42,036 nucleotides of DNA from Deltaproteobacteria bacterium (GTDB taxonomy: Bacteria; Desulfobacterota; GWC2-55-46). Below are positions 1-11,403 of the stretch, one piece after another. The DNA lies in the NCBI GenBank assembly GCA_016235365.1, contig JACRLF010000008.1:1-42036 (forward strand). Direction: 5' to 3'. A program made the translations under genes and the position numbers. A model generated the notes under the pieces. The model was not told the origin of the DNA, made no database searches, and saw nothing but the letters and a program-made list of their open reading frames with translations. Positions within the stretch are counted from its first letter, which is position 1; each line of letters begins with the position of its first letter.

Positions 1-5
1 ACTAT

Positions 6-288
6 CAGGTTGTTGAAAAAGTCCATCTACTGCGTTGTCATCGTCGCTCGTCAGTGCGGCGTATGGACAAAATACGCCTCATTCCTCGCTCCTCGACGCC
101 TCCAACGCCAAGTGGCGTGGGTCGGGAGCTTTTTGAACATGCATAGCGAGCGTCCAGCCCGCAGCTTGGCTAGCGGGGCTAAGCGAGCGAATCGGATATA
201 GATACTTCCTTACATGTTGAAGTTCCCCGCGGCAAGCCGCGGGGAGCTTCAACAGCCTGAACGGACGCGAGGGTTTTTCAACAACCTG
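6..288. mobile_element. MITE family B, containing a nested family A copy at 138-252
   Basis: Perfect 15-bp TIR CAGGTTGTTGAAAAA (6-20) / TTTTTCAACAACCTG (274-288). The internal sequence resembles the reverse complement of 25694-25814. Confidence 0.75.
138..252 (+). mobile_element. Family A ~115-bp hairpin element (IS200/IS605-like non-autonomous), copy 1
   Basis: Follows TGAA (134-137), starts CATGCATAGCGAGCG, ends CCCCGCGGCAAGCCGCGGGGAGCTTCAA. Confidence 0.85.
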
Positions 289-411
289 CTAAATTCTCAA
301 CCGCGTACCTCGCAACCTGCTCAAACGCTATGGGGGCGGCCTGGAGATTGCTTCGTCGCGTGCGCTTCTCGCAATGGCGACTAAAGACTTTTCCGCAGCC
401 TGCTAAAGAGC

Positions 412-446
412 CGCCGCATGGCAGACCAGAGCTCTGCCATGCGGCG
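412..446. terminator. 14-bp perfect hairpin downstream of the selenoprotein gene, possible terminator
   Basis: CGCCGCATGGCAGA-ccagagc-TCTGCCATGCGGCG; no strong U-tract. Confidence 0.45.
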
Positions 447-468
447 CCACGTTCTATCCGTATTGTTT

Positions 469-487
469 GGCCGGCAACCTGCCGGCC
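469..487 (-). promoter_or_regulatory. SECIS-like hairpin for the C-terminal UGA
   Basis: Minus strand GGCCGGCA-GGT-TGCCGGCC begins 13 nt after the UGA at 503-501; the apical loop contains G. Confidence 0.65.
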
Positions 488-491
488 TCGT

Positions 492-716
492 CTAAACCCC
501 TCAGGTGCCCCCGAAGCCCGCCACCACGGTCCCGCCCTCAACTATCACCGGGACCTGCCTCATGCCGCCGCTTGCCTTGAGCATCCTGTCCATGTTCTCA
601 GGGGACGCCTTCACGTTGACGTATTCGACCAGGTACCCTTTTTTCGCGTATTCCTCACGGGCCGCGTTAGTGTACGGTCAGGTGTCCTTACCATAGATTA
701 TCACTTTTTCAGGCAT
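492..716 (-). CDS. Glutaredoxin-like selenoprotein with two predicted Sec residues (UXX-star type), 74 aa
   Basis: Manual translation: MPEKVIIYGKDT-U-PYTNAAREEYAKKGYLVEYVNVKASPENMDRMLKASGGMRQVPVIVEGGTVVAGFGGT-U-GV*. AGGAGG RBS at 722-727, UGA at 680-678 and 503-501, Grx-type VP motif. Confidence 0.85.
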
Positions 717-903
717 GGATCCCTCCTTTTTTGAAAACGACGTTATGCGCCCTTTGACTTCGCACTGAGGCGTCTCGATAGATTATATCAAAAATACCTC
801 TCCTATCAACGTATGCGCCGCCCCCCGCTGGCCCCATCGTACCATTCAGGGTCCGGCCTTTACAAGTCTTATCTTGAAGCCCCCCCGCTCGCCGATCCCT
901 CCG

Positions 904-1563
904 TCACCTGCTCCTCAAGACCCCACACCTCCGGCACAGGCCGTTCAGCCTGCATCCGCTGCACAGGGGAGAGACCGGCCTGCAGACGTTTTGCCCGAAG
1001 GCCACGAGCAGGTCGTTCAATATTATCCAGTACCTCTTCCGGAGCTTCTTCCTCAGCGCGAACTCGGTCTCATCCGGGGTCTTTGTATCTACGAAGCCCC
1101 AGCGGTTCACTATCCTGTGGACATGGGTATCCACGCATATGCCGGGCTTGCCGTACCCCATCGTCACAACGAGGTTGGCGGTCTTCCTCCCCACGCCCTT
1201 TAGCCTGAGAAGCCCCTCCATGGTGTCGGGGACGTGGCCGCCGTGGTCCCTCTCTATCTCCCTCGATATGTCGAGTATCACCCTTGATTTGACCCTGTAA
1301 AATCCGGCGGGGTAGATCGCCCGCTCTATCTCCTTTGCGTCAAGCCCCGATATGCCAGCCGGGGTATCGGCCAGGCGAAAGAGCCTCGTGGATGCCTCCC
1401 TCGTCACATCATCCTTTGTCCTCAGGCTCACGATGCAGGAGACGAGGACCTTGAACGGGTCTTTCCCCTGTCCGGCGGCGACCTCCGTGACATAGGGGGT
1501 CTTGAACCTGCCGTACTCCTGCTTGAGTATCCTTATCGCCTTCGGTATGTCTGAAGTCCGCAT
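904..1563 (-). CDS. nth: Endonuclease III (HhH-GPD DNA glycosylase)
   Basis: HhH motif LKGVGRKTANLV, VDTHVHRI, C-terminal C-x6-C-x2-C-x5-C 4Fe-4S motif. Confidence 0.95.
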   Translation of the reverse strand: MRTSDIPKAIRILKQEYGRFKTPYVTEVAAGQGKDPFKVLVSCIVSLRTKDDVTREASTRLFRLADTPAGISGLDAKEIERAIYPAGFYRVKSRVILDISREIERDHGGHVPDTMEGLLRLKGVGRKTANLVVTMGYGKPGICVDTHVHRIVNRWGFVDTKTPDETEFALRKKLRKRYWIILNDLLVAFGQNVCRPVSPLCSGCRLNGLCRRCGVLRSR

Positions 1564-1589
1564 GGATGGTTGCCGTGCCTCTGAAATTA

Positions 1590-1622
1590 AGACAGGGCGG
1601 CCCCAAAGGGGCCGCCCTGTCT
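1590..1622 (-). terminator. Probable intrinsic terminator after groEL
   Basis: 15-bp perfect stem AGACAGGGCGGCCCC-aaa-GGGGCCGCCCTGTCT. Confidence 0.7.
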
Positions 1623-1699
1623 GTCTATCGTCTATCTACCCTATCGGGCATATCGGGCATATCTGGCCGAGGGCCTCTTGAAAGCGCCCTGGCGCCGTA

Positions 1700-3516
<1,817 letters not shown>

Positions 3517-3583
3517 TCTCTTGTTTTGGACTGCGTATCGTCTATGCCGCGCATCGCGGGGCCCTTCATCCCGCCCCGCGGGA

Positions 3584-3871
3584 TCACTTCTCGATGATGC
3601 CGAGGATGTCCTCTTCCCTCATGATGAGGTGCTCCTCGCCCTCTATCTTGACCTCGGTCCCGGCGTACTTGCTGAAGAGCACCCTGTCGCCGGCCTTGAC
3701 GTCAAGGGGGACGAGCTTGCCGTCTTCCCTCTTGCCTGCGCCGACCGCGATGACTTTGCCCTCGGCCGGGGCCTCTTTCGCGCTGTCGGGGATGATGATG
3801 CCTCCCTTGGTCTTCTCATCCTCGGCGACCCTCTTCAAAATCACACGGTCATGAAGCGGCTTAATCTTCAT
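3584..3871 (-). CDS. groS: Co-chaperonin GroES
   Basis: [42 protein letters not shown]. Confidence 0.99.
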   Translation of the reverse strand: MKIKPLHDRVILKRVAEDEKTKGGIIIPDSAKEAPAEGKVIAVGAGKREDGKLVPLDVKAGDRVLFSKYAGTEVKIEGEEHLIMREEDILGIIEK

Positions 3872-3942
3872 TGGTTCTTTCCTCCTCCTTTAGATTGTTA
3901 TTATTCCGTCGATATAATGATTAGCGGGGTGTTGGTGATGTA

Positions 3943-3971
3943 AATATATGACCTGCCACCCTGTTTGTCAA
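3943..3971 (-). promoter_or_regulatory. sigma70 promoter of groESL
   Basis: TTGACA (3971-3966) - 17 nt - TATATT (3948-3943). Confidence 0.75.
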
Positions 3972-3979
3972 GGCGAAAC

Positions 3980-4006
3980 TTGGCACTCTTTGCCTGAGAG
4001 TGCTAA
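3980..4006. promoter_or_regulatory. CIRCE operator (HrcA site)
   Basis: TTGGCACTC-N9-GAGTGCTAA, one mismatch to TTAGCACTC-N9-GAGTGCTAA, upstream of groES. Confidence 0.9.
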
Positions 4007-4053
4007 ACGCTTTGAAAAACTTAAGATTTTTAATGATAATGATTTGAATTGAA

Positions 4054-4131
4054 CATGCATAGCGAGCGCATAGAAATATATACTCCCTTATATGTCGAAG
4101 ATTCCCCGCGGCTTGCCGCGGGGAGCTTCAA
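4054..4131 (+). mobile_element. Family A element, copy 2 (internally deleted, lacks the left hairpin)
   Basis: TGAA|CATGCATAGCGAGCG...GGGGAGCTTCAA, 78 bp. Confidence 0.8.
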
Positions 4132-4218
4132 TATATTACCGAAGGTATAATAGAGACGTAACAGGCAACGTCGATTAAAAACAGGGATGGTAAGATTCCC
4201 AAGGAGGGGGGCAAGACG

Positions 4219-4794
4219 ATGTTGACATCCATGAGACCTATCGAGCACTTCAAGGAGATGGTCGGCGCGGCCATCGAGCACCAGAGGATAAAGACCAACG
4301 AGAGCGCCGAGTTCTACCTGTCGAACCTGCTCTCGGACTTCCTCCAGCGCGAGAGGTTGAGCGACGAGCCCCTTGCCATCACCTATATAAAGGCGCTGGG
4401 CGCGGCCAGGGAGATGCAGATACATCTTTTAAAGCAACTGGGCGACATCTCTCTTTTCACCTCCGGTTTCTTCTCGGACAGCCTTAAAAGAAAGATAGTG
4501 GACATAGACTACTACATATTGATGGGCGAGGCCTCTTACGGCTATCTCGCCTCCATCCATAAGCAGAGGTCCGGGCCTAAGGATATCTCCGTGCTCTACT
4601 CGGAGCTCGCCGCAAAGTTCAAACTATTCGTGGACGTGCTCGCCGAGGTGAGCGAGCGGAGCAGGCTGACGTCCTCAAGGGACATCCTTAGGGTCTATGA
4701 GAGGTGGCTCCGGACAAAGAGCAGGCAGGCGGAAAAGATATTGAGGGACCTCGGCATAGAGCCCGTGGCGGTCTCCACGAGTCCGCTGCACTGA
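4219..4794 (+). CDS. Hypothetical protein, divergent from groES
   Basis: AAGGAGG RBS, host-like codon usage, segment LGDISLFTSGFF..DIDYYILMG; no function assigned. Confidence 0.85.
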   Translation: MLTSMRPIEHFKEMVGAAIEHQRIKTNESAEFYLSNLLSDFLQRERLSDEPLAITYIKALGAAREMQIHLLKQLGDISLFTSGFFSDSLKRKIVDIDYYILMGEASYGYLASIHKQRSGPKDISVLYSELAAKFKLFVDVLAEVSERSRLTSSRDILRVYERWLRTKSRQAEKILRDLGIEPVAVSTSPLH

Positions 4795-4795
4795 A

Positions 4796-4910
4796 CATGC
4801 ATGGCGAGCGCGAGGCCCGCAATTTGCTGCGGGGTCAAGCGAGCGAATAGAAATAGATACTTCCTTAGATGTCGAAGATTCCCCGCGGCTTAAGCCGCGG
4901 GGAGCTTCAA
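4796..4910 (+). mobile_element. Family A element, copy 3
   Basis: Sits right after the TGA-A formed by the stop codon of 4219-4794; ends GGGGAGCTTCAA. Confidence 0.85.
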
Positions 4911-4937
4911 CCCTCAATCGCCATTTATTTTATAATT

Positions 4938-4982
4938 ACAGGAATCCCGGCCGGAGTGAATCCGGCCGGGATTCCTGTTTTG
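4938..4982 (+). terminator. Intrinsic terminator
   Basis: 18-bp perfect stem ACAGGAATCCCGGCCGGA-gtgaa-TCCGGCCGGGATTCCTGT followed by TTTT. Confidence 0.75.
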
Positions 4983-5117
4983 GGGGTGTTGACTCAACAC
5001 CCCGCCCCAGGACGGATGGTTGCAGGGGAAAAGCCTTCTGGAAATCAAGGCCCTCCTGGGTTATAATTTATTGTTAAATCTCTTTCAACTTAAGAAGCAC
5101 TGCGGGCGCTGACACAT

Positions 5118-7874
5118 ATGGCGAAAAAAAAGATTGGCAGGGCCGAGGTCCTGCCGTTTGACATGCCGGCGGCAACCGATAAGGACGAGCTCATCGTAGA
5201 GGGCCTCCGGCAGAACAACCTGAAGAACCTGAGCCTGAGGATCCCCCACGACAGGATCACGACCATCGTGGGCTTGAGCGGCTCCGGGAAGTCCTCCCTC
5301 GCCTTCGACACGCTCTTTGCCGAGGGGAGGTGGAGGTTCATCGAATCCCTCTCAACCTACACGCGCCTCTTCCTTGAAAGGATGGACAGGCCCGACCTCG
5401 ACTCCATCCGCAACATACGCCCCGCCATAGCCGTGGAGCAGAAAAACCCGGTGCGCACGAGCCGCTCCACCGTAGGCACGACGACCGAGATAAACGACTA
5501 CATGCGCCTGCTCTTCGCCCGCATCGGGGAGGCGCACTGCCCCGTGTGCGGCTCCGTCGCGGCCCCATCCACCCCCGAAGGCGTTGCCGGGGCCCTCCTC
5601 GGCGCGCACGGCGGGGCCGCCGCGCTCATCGGGTTCAAGCTCCCGGTCTCCGGAAGGTCCTCCGGTGAGATAGCCGGGGAACTCCTTGAAAAAGGCTTCA
5701 CGCGGGTGCGGATAGGGTCCAGGGTCCATGACCTGGGCCTTGAAGCCCTCCCGGAGGCGATTGCGGGCGCGGTGGACGTGGTAGCCGACAGGCTCGTATT
5801 AAAGGGCTCTGAAAGGGGCAGGCTCGTTGAATCGCTTGAGGCGGCCTTTGCCATGGGAGGGGGGAGCGCGTGGGCCGCGCTCCCTGACAAGGTCGAGTTT
5901 TTTTCAAGCCTGCCCGTGTGCGCGGGGTGCGGGACCAGGGTGGAGAGGCCCACGCCCATTTCCCTCTCGTTCAACCACCCTGTGGGCGCGTGCCCGGAAT
6001 GCAAGGGCTTCGGCAACGTGCTCAAGTACGACGAAGACAAGGTGGTCCCGGACAAGGGGCTCACGCTGAAGGAAGGGGCCATAGAGCCGTGGACAAAGCC
6101 CGCGTACGGGTGGTGGCAGGACGAGCTTGAAAGGTGCGCCCATGAGATGGGAGTAGACCTCGACAAGCCGTTCTCCAGGCTCTCGAACAGGGAAAAAAAG
6201 CTCGTATTCGAGGGGACCCCGGAGTTCGAGGGCATAGACGGGTTCTTCGCTTACCTTGAGGGCAAAAAGTACAAGCTCCACGTCAAGGTATTCAGCTCAA
6301 GGTACAAGAAACAGGTCGTATGCAGGGCCTGCAAGGGCGCAAGGCTCAAGAAGGCCGCCCTCGGGATCACTGTAAACGGGCTGAACATAGCGCAGGCCTG
6401 CAAGCTTACCATAGGGGAGGCGATTGACTTCTTCGATGGGTTGAGGCTCTCCCCTTTCGAGCGGGAGGTCTCAAAAGAGATATTGAAGCAAATAATGCTA
6501 AAGCTCGGGTTCCTCAGCCAGACCGGGCTGCGGTACCTGACGCTCGACCGGCTTACAAAGACCTTATCCGGCGGAGAGGCCCAGAGGGTTGCGATAGCCA
6601 CGCAGCTCGCCTCGTCGCTCTGCGGGGTGCTCTACATACTCGACGAGCCCTCGATAGGGCTCCACCCCGTGGATATCGACATGCTCGCCGAGCAGATAAG
6701 AAGGCTCGCCTCGGCCGGCAATACCGTGGTGACGGTCGAGCACGACGCCTCGATGATCAAGGCGTCCGACCACATCATAGAACTCGGCCCAGGCGCGGGG
6801 GAGCAGGGCGGAAGGCTGGTGTACTCCGGCCCCATAGACGACTTCATGGAGAACGCCTCTACCCTGACCGCCGACTACCTGCGCGGGCGCCTGCATATCC
6901 ACGTGCCGAGATGGAGGAGGAAGGGGTCCGGCAGGTTCTTGACGCTTAAGGGGGCCTCGGGCAACAACCTCAAGGACGTGGAGTTCAAGCTGCCGCTCCG
7001 GGCCATGACCTGCGTGACCGGGGTATCGGGCTCTGGCAAGTCCACCCTCGTGGTGGACACCCTCTACAACATCCTCGCGGAGCGCTTAGGGCAGAGGTTT
7101 GAAACGCCGCTTGAGTACCGCTCCATAGAGGGGCTTGACGGCATCGAAGGGGTACAGCTCGTTGACCAGGGCCCGATAGGCAGGACCCCCCGCAGCAACC
7201 CGCTGACATACATCGGCGGGTTCGACGCGATACGGGCGGCCTTCGCCGGCACGAGATCAGCGAAGGCAAAGGGGCTCGCCCCCGGGTGCTTCTCGTTCAA
7301 CGTGACTGGGGGCAGGTGCGAGGCCTGCAAGGGCGAAGGGGTGGAAAAGCTCGATATGTACTTCCTCCCGGACGTCTACATAAAATGCGCGGAGTGCGGG
7401 GGCAGGAGATATAAAAAAGATGTGCTCGGGGTGAAGTACAGGGGAAAAAGCATATTCGACTGCCTTGAGATGACCTTCGATGAGGCAGCCCCGCTCTTCC
7501 CGTCGGAGGCGGACCTGCAGAGGAGGTTCTCGGTCATAAGGGCCGTCGGGCTCGGGTACCTGAAGCTCGGGCAATCCGCCCTGACGCTCTCCGGAGGAGA
7601 GGCGCAGCGGCTCAAGATAGTCAGGGAACTCATCGACGAGGGGGCGACGAACCGGCTCTACATGCTCGATGAGCCAACGACGGGGCTGCACATGGACGAC
7701 GTCAAAAAGCTCCTCTCGGTGCTCGGAAGGCTCGTTGACGCGGGCAATACCGTGCTCTTGATAGAGCACAACCTCGACTGCGTAAAGACGGCCGACCATG
7801 TTATCGACCTCGGCCCCGGAGGCGGAGACGCGGGGGGCTCAATCGTCGCGTCCGGGACCCCCCATCGGCCGTAG
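5118..7874 (+). CDS. uvrA: Excinuclease ABC subunit A (UvrA-like); extreme C-terminus apparently truncated
   Basis: Two Walker A motifs (GLSGSGKS, GVSGSGKS), two LSGGEAQR signatures, Zn-finger CxxC pairs; ends abruptly GTPHRP*. Confidence 0.93.
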   Translation: MAKKKIGRAEVLPFDMPAATDKDELIVEGLRQNNLKNLSLRIPHDRITTIVGLSGSGKSSLAFDTLFAEGRWRFIESLSTYTRLFLERMDRPDLDSIRNIRPAIAVEQKNPVRTSRSTVGTTTEINDYMRLLFARIGEAHCPVCGSVAAPSTPEGVAGALLGAHGGAAALIGFKLPVSGRSSGEIAGELLEKGFTRVRIGSRVHDLGLEALPEAIAGAVDVVADRLVLKGSERGRLVESLEAAFAMGGGSAWAALPDKVEFFSSLPVCAGCGTRVERPTPISLSFNHPVGACPECKGFGNVLKYDEDKVVPDKGLTLKEGAIEPWTKPAYGWWQDELERCAHEMGVDLDKPFSRLSNREKKLVFEGTPEFEGIDGFFAYLEGKKYKLHVKVFSSRYKKQVVCRACKGARLKKAALGITVNGLNIAQACKLTIGEAIDFFDGLRLSPFEREVSKEILKQIMLKLGFLSQTGLRYLTLDRLTKTLSGGEAQRVAIATQLASSLCGVLYILDEPSIGLHPVDIDMLAEQIRRLASAGNTVVTVEHDASMIKASDHIIELGPGAGEQGGRLVYSGPIDDFMENASTLTADYLRGRLHIHVPRWRRKGSGRFLTLKGASGNNLKDVEFKLPLRAMTCVTGVSGSGKSTLVVDTLYNILAERLGQRFETPLEYRSIEGLDGIEGVQLVDQGPIGRTPRSNPLTYIGGFDAIRAAFAGTRSAKAKGLAPGCFSFNVTGGRCEACKGEGVEKLDMYFLPDVYIKCAECGGRRYKKDVLGVKYRGKSIFDCLEMTFDEAAPLFPSEADLQRRFSVIRAVGLGYLKLGQSALTLSGGEAQRLKIVRELIDEGATNRLYMLDEPTTGLHMDDVKKLLSVLGRLVDAGNTVLLIEHNLDCVKTADHVIDLGPGGGDAGGSIVASGTPHRP

Positions 7875-8009
7875 AGTCCGTACCGTCCTTTACCGCTGGA
7901 GGGCCCTCACTTGAACCTACCTGCGCCCCCGGCCGCGGCAACCAGGGATATCCGCCGCAAAACGGCCTTTTTTTGCCCGGCGAACAACGGGCGCGGAGAG
8001 GCTTTTTGC

Positions 8010-8038
8010 TTGACACAACCCTCATGAACGAGTAATAT
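8010..8038 (+). promoter_or_regulatory. sigma70 promoter of the radical SAM gene
   Basis: TTGACA-N17-TAATAT. Confidence 0.6.
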
Positions 8039-8067
8039 GTGAGGCAATCCACCAAAGAAGGAGCGCA

Positions 8068-9517
8068 ATGAAAAAAATCATCTTTATCGAGCCCAACCCC
8101 CCCGATTTCCACATATACAGCAAGATGTCCCTCCCGAGGCTCGGCACCGTCCTCCTGAGCACGGTGCTGAAGCAGCACGGATACGACGTGAAAAGCTATG
8201 TCGAGTCGGTAGGGGAACTCGACCTCAAGGACGTCCTCACCGCCGACGCGGTCGGGATATCCACCATAACGTCGACCTCCAAACGCGCATACGAGATGGC
8301 CAAGCTTATCAGGATGGCCGGGATCCCGGTGTTCATTGGCGGCCCCCACGTCACGTACATGCCGGATGAGGCCCTTGAGTACGTGGACTACGTCATGAAG
8401 GGAGAGGCCGACGAGGTCATAGTCGATTTCATACACGCGCTCGAGGCTGGCAAGGGTTTTGAGAAGGTCCCTGGGCTATCGTACAGAAAAGACGGCAGGG
8501 TATTCCACAACAAGGTCTCTCCATTCGTCAAGGACATGGACAAGCTCACCTGCCCGGACTTCACCCTTATAAGCGGACTTGAGAAAGAGGGCTCAAGAAA
8601 ATTCTCGATTACGCCGATAATGACGTCAAGGGGCTGCCCATACGACTGCAGCTTCTGCTCCGTTACGGGCATGTTCGGCCAGAAGTACAGGTTCAGGAGA
8701 AAAGAGAACGTGATGAAAGAATTGCGCAACAACCACGACCTCGGCGGAAAGTGGGTCTTCTTCTACGACGACAACTTCTGCGCCCACAAGAAAAGGACGA
8801 AGGAGCTCCTCCATACCATGATAGAGGGCAAGCTTACGCCAAAGTGGACGGCCCAGGTGCGCACCGACGTAGCCAAAGACCAGGAACTCCTCGACCTTAT
8901 GAAGAAGTCAGGCTGCCACACCGTATATATCGGGCTTGAGTCGATAAACCCGCAGACCCTGAAGGCCTACAACAAGAAACAGTCGGTTGAGGACATCCGG
9001 GACTGCATCAAGACGCTCCACAAGAACCGCATACGCATACACGGGATGTTCGTCTTCGGCTCGGACATGGACACCACCGACACCATCGCCGAGACTGTGC
9101 GGTTCGCGAAGAAGAACAACCTGGAGTCCGTCCAGTTCCTGACTTAACTCCGAGGGACGGATAATCACGAAGGACTGGGCCCTTTACGACGCGCATCACG
9201 TCGTCTACGAGCCCAAGCTCATGAGCTTCTACGAACTTCAGGCCGAGACCATGCGGGCCACGAGGGAGTTCTACTCCTTACGGCAGATAGCCAAGAGCTC
9301 GCTGCGCCTCGACCTCTTCAACGTCGGGCTCAAGACCTACGGCTACACGCTCGCCAAGCAGTGGATCAAGAAGAACCAGTACTTCATCGAATACACCAAG
9401 GCCGTCACCAAGGCCGGCAGGACCATAGAACTCGCCGCAAAGAAGACCGCTGAAGACATCAAGGAAAAATTCCGTCAGATGGAGACCTCCGGGGACATAC
9501 GGCTCCTCAAAAACTAA
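8068..9517 (+). pseudogene. B12-binding/radical SAM protein, frameshifted near 9142
   Basis: GGPHVT B12-domain segment and SRGCPYDCSFC motif. The frame stops at 9147 (VQFLT*) but continues in another frame as LNSEGRIITKDWALYDAHHVVYEP into ORF 9221-9517. Confidence 0.8.
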
Positions 9518-9548
9518 TCCCCATCCTCACGAAAACCAAGGACCGGTT

Positions 9549-10927
9549 ATGAAAAGAAATCTTTTGACGGCCTGCTTCTGCGCCGCGCTCTTATGCTCGC
9601 CTGTCTTTTCGTATGCTGACCACGGACCGGCGGCGCAGGACCAAACCCCATACATCGCAATTTTCCAGGTACAGGCCAACACGGGCTGTGCCGCCGCCTT
9701 TGATGGAGCGGCAAAACACGTTTACGGACCTGATGAGTCCAGCGGGTCCGGGGCCGACCCGGCTGCCGACGCCGGCTGCCAGGGCCCGGACGACCTATCC
9801 GGGCCGGAAGAGCCTTTGTCCGGCCCGGTCGAGGCGTTTCTCGGCCCTCAGGCCTGCGTGGTTGAAGAGGCCGCGGCCGACCCGGCTGCCGACGCCGGCT
9901 CCATATGGGATACGTACCGCGCGGATGGAGACGGGAACGAAGACGCCGCCGGCCCGGACATACCGATTGTCGTGAACAAGAGCGTCGAGTCCCACATCAG
10001 GTACTTCCAGACAAGGGGAAGAAAGTACTTCGAGAAGTGGCTCGACAGGAGCAGGGACTACATGACGATGCTCCGGTCCATACTGAGGGAGAACGGCCTC
10101 CCTGAAGACCTCTCCTACATCGCCTTCATAGAGAGCGGGCTCAACCCCACGGTAAAGTCGAGGGCCAACGCCGTAGGCATGTGGCAGTTCATAAAAGGCA
10201 CGGCCAGGACGTACGGGCTCAGGGTCGACTGGTGGATAGATGAGAGGATGGACCCGGAGAAGGCCACCCTTGCCGCGGCAAAGTACTTCAGGAACCTCTA
10301 CGGCCAATTCGGCTCATGGTACCTCGCCGCCGCCGGATACAACGCCGGCGAGGGCAAGGTGATGCGGGTCATGCGGAGGCACGACTCCGAGGACTTCTGG
10401 GTGCTCGCGAGCCGCAAAAGGTCTTTCAAGAGGGAGACCAGGGAGTACGTCCCCAAATTCCTCGCGGCCATCTTGATAGGAAAAGACCCGACGGCTTACG
10501 GCTTCGAAGAGCAACCCGATGGAGCGCTCCTGTACGATAAGGCGGCCATCCCGAACGCCACGGACTTTAGGGTTATCGCTACGGCCGCCGGCACGACCGT
10601 GGAGGAGATAAAAAGGCTCAACCCCGAGCTCCTCAGGCGGTTCACGCCGCCGAACTACCCGGACTATGAGGTCAAGATACCTTACGGGACAAAAGAGCGG
10701 TTCGACGATTACATGAGCAAGACCCCGCCGTCAAAGACCATGATTCCGCCTACAAGATAGCGAAAAAGTACGGCGCCTCGGTGGAACAGGTCCTCTACGT
10801 CAATAACCTGCAAGACTCGAAGACGAGGCTCAAGCCAAAGACGGTGATAATGGTGCCGGTCAAACCCGGCAGCAAGATGGCCAGGGAAGCCGTGACGTTT
10901 ATGACTAACGCTGAATTCCAGGGCTGA
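9549..10927 (+). pseudogene. mltD: MltD-like lytic transglycosylase; C-terminal LysM domain frameshifted near 10742
   Basis: Signal peptide and SLT motifs (IESG, GMWQF, GYNAG, ETREYVPK). A second frame gives DSAYKIAKKYGASVEQVLYVNNL...IMVP (LysM-like), ending TGA at 10927. Confidence 0.8.
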
Positions 10928-10947
10928 GGCATCATTCAAAACATCAG

Positions 10948-10980
10948 AAGCGGGGCGGGATAAACCCTCCCCGCTTTTTT
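10948..10980 (+). terminator. Intrinsic terminator after mltD
   Basis: AAGCGGGGcGGG-ataaa-CCCtCCCCGCTT followed by a T-run. Confidence 0.65.
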
Positions 10981-11170
10981 CTGTCTTGCGGCGCGCGCGG
11001 CGGCGACATCCCCATCGGAAAAGGGCCTTTTTAAGCGTCGTTGCGGAGCGTAAGCGACGCGGCAATCTCCAAAATATCGATTCACATAGAGTCGGGACCG
11101 CGACGCTCCGCTCGCCATGTTTGTTGAAACGGATTTACTTATTTATTTTACAGTGATATCTTTTAGTGAT

Positions 11171-11313
11171 GGGAGCCTCTAAAAATTAGATATTTTTTTC
11201 CGAGGTCGAGGCGGGGTGAAAATAAAAAGCGGAGCATATATGCTAATATGTGAGCATTTTTATTTTCGCCCTAACGACGAGATCGGGGAAAAGAGCAATT
11301 TTTAGAGGCTCCC
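11171..11313. mobile_element. MITE family C copy with 4-bp TSD
   Basis: Perfect 17-bp TIR GGGAGCCTCTAAAAATT/AATTTTTAGAGGCTCCC, flanked by TGAT at 11167-11170 and 11314-11317. Confidence 0.9.
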
Positions 11314-11403
11314 TGATAATAAATACGGGTGCTTCACCGTACGCCTGCCCCTGTCCGGCGCGGCGTCGAGGGCCATGTATCGTAAAAAAACATATGAGAG
11401 CGG

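Noticed and set aside
10-734. ORFs 10-201, 278-541, 330-734 and 505-696
   Set aside because: They run through MITE sequence or are antisense shadows of the selenoprotein gene.
9752-9900. 25-bp direct repeat GCCGACCCGGCTGCCGACGCCGGCT in mltD
   Set aside because: Encodes ADPAADAG twice in a low-complexity linker; ordinary.
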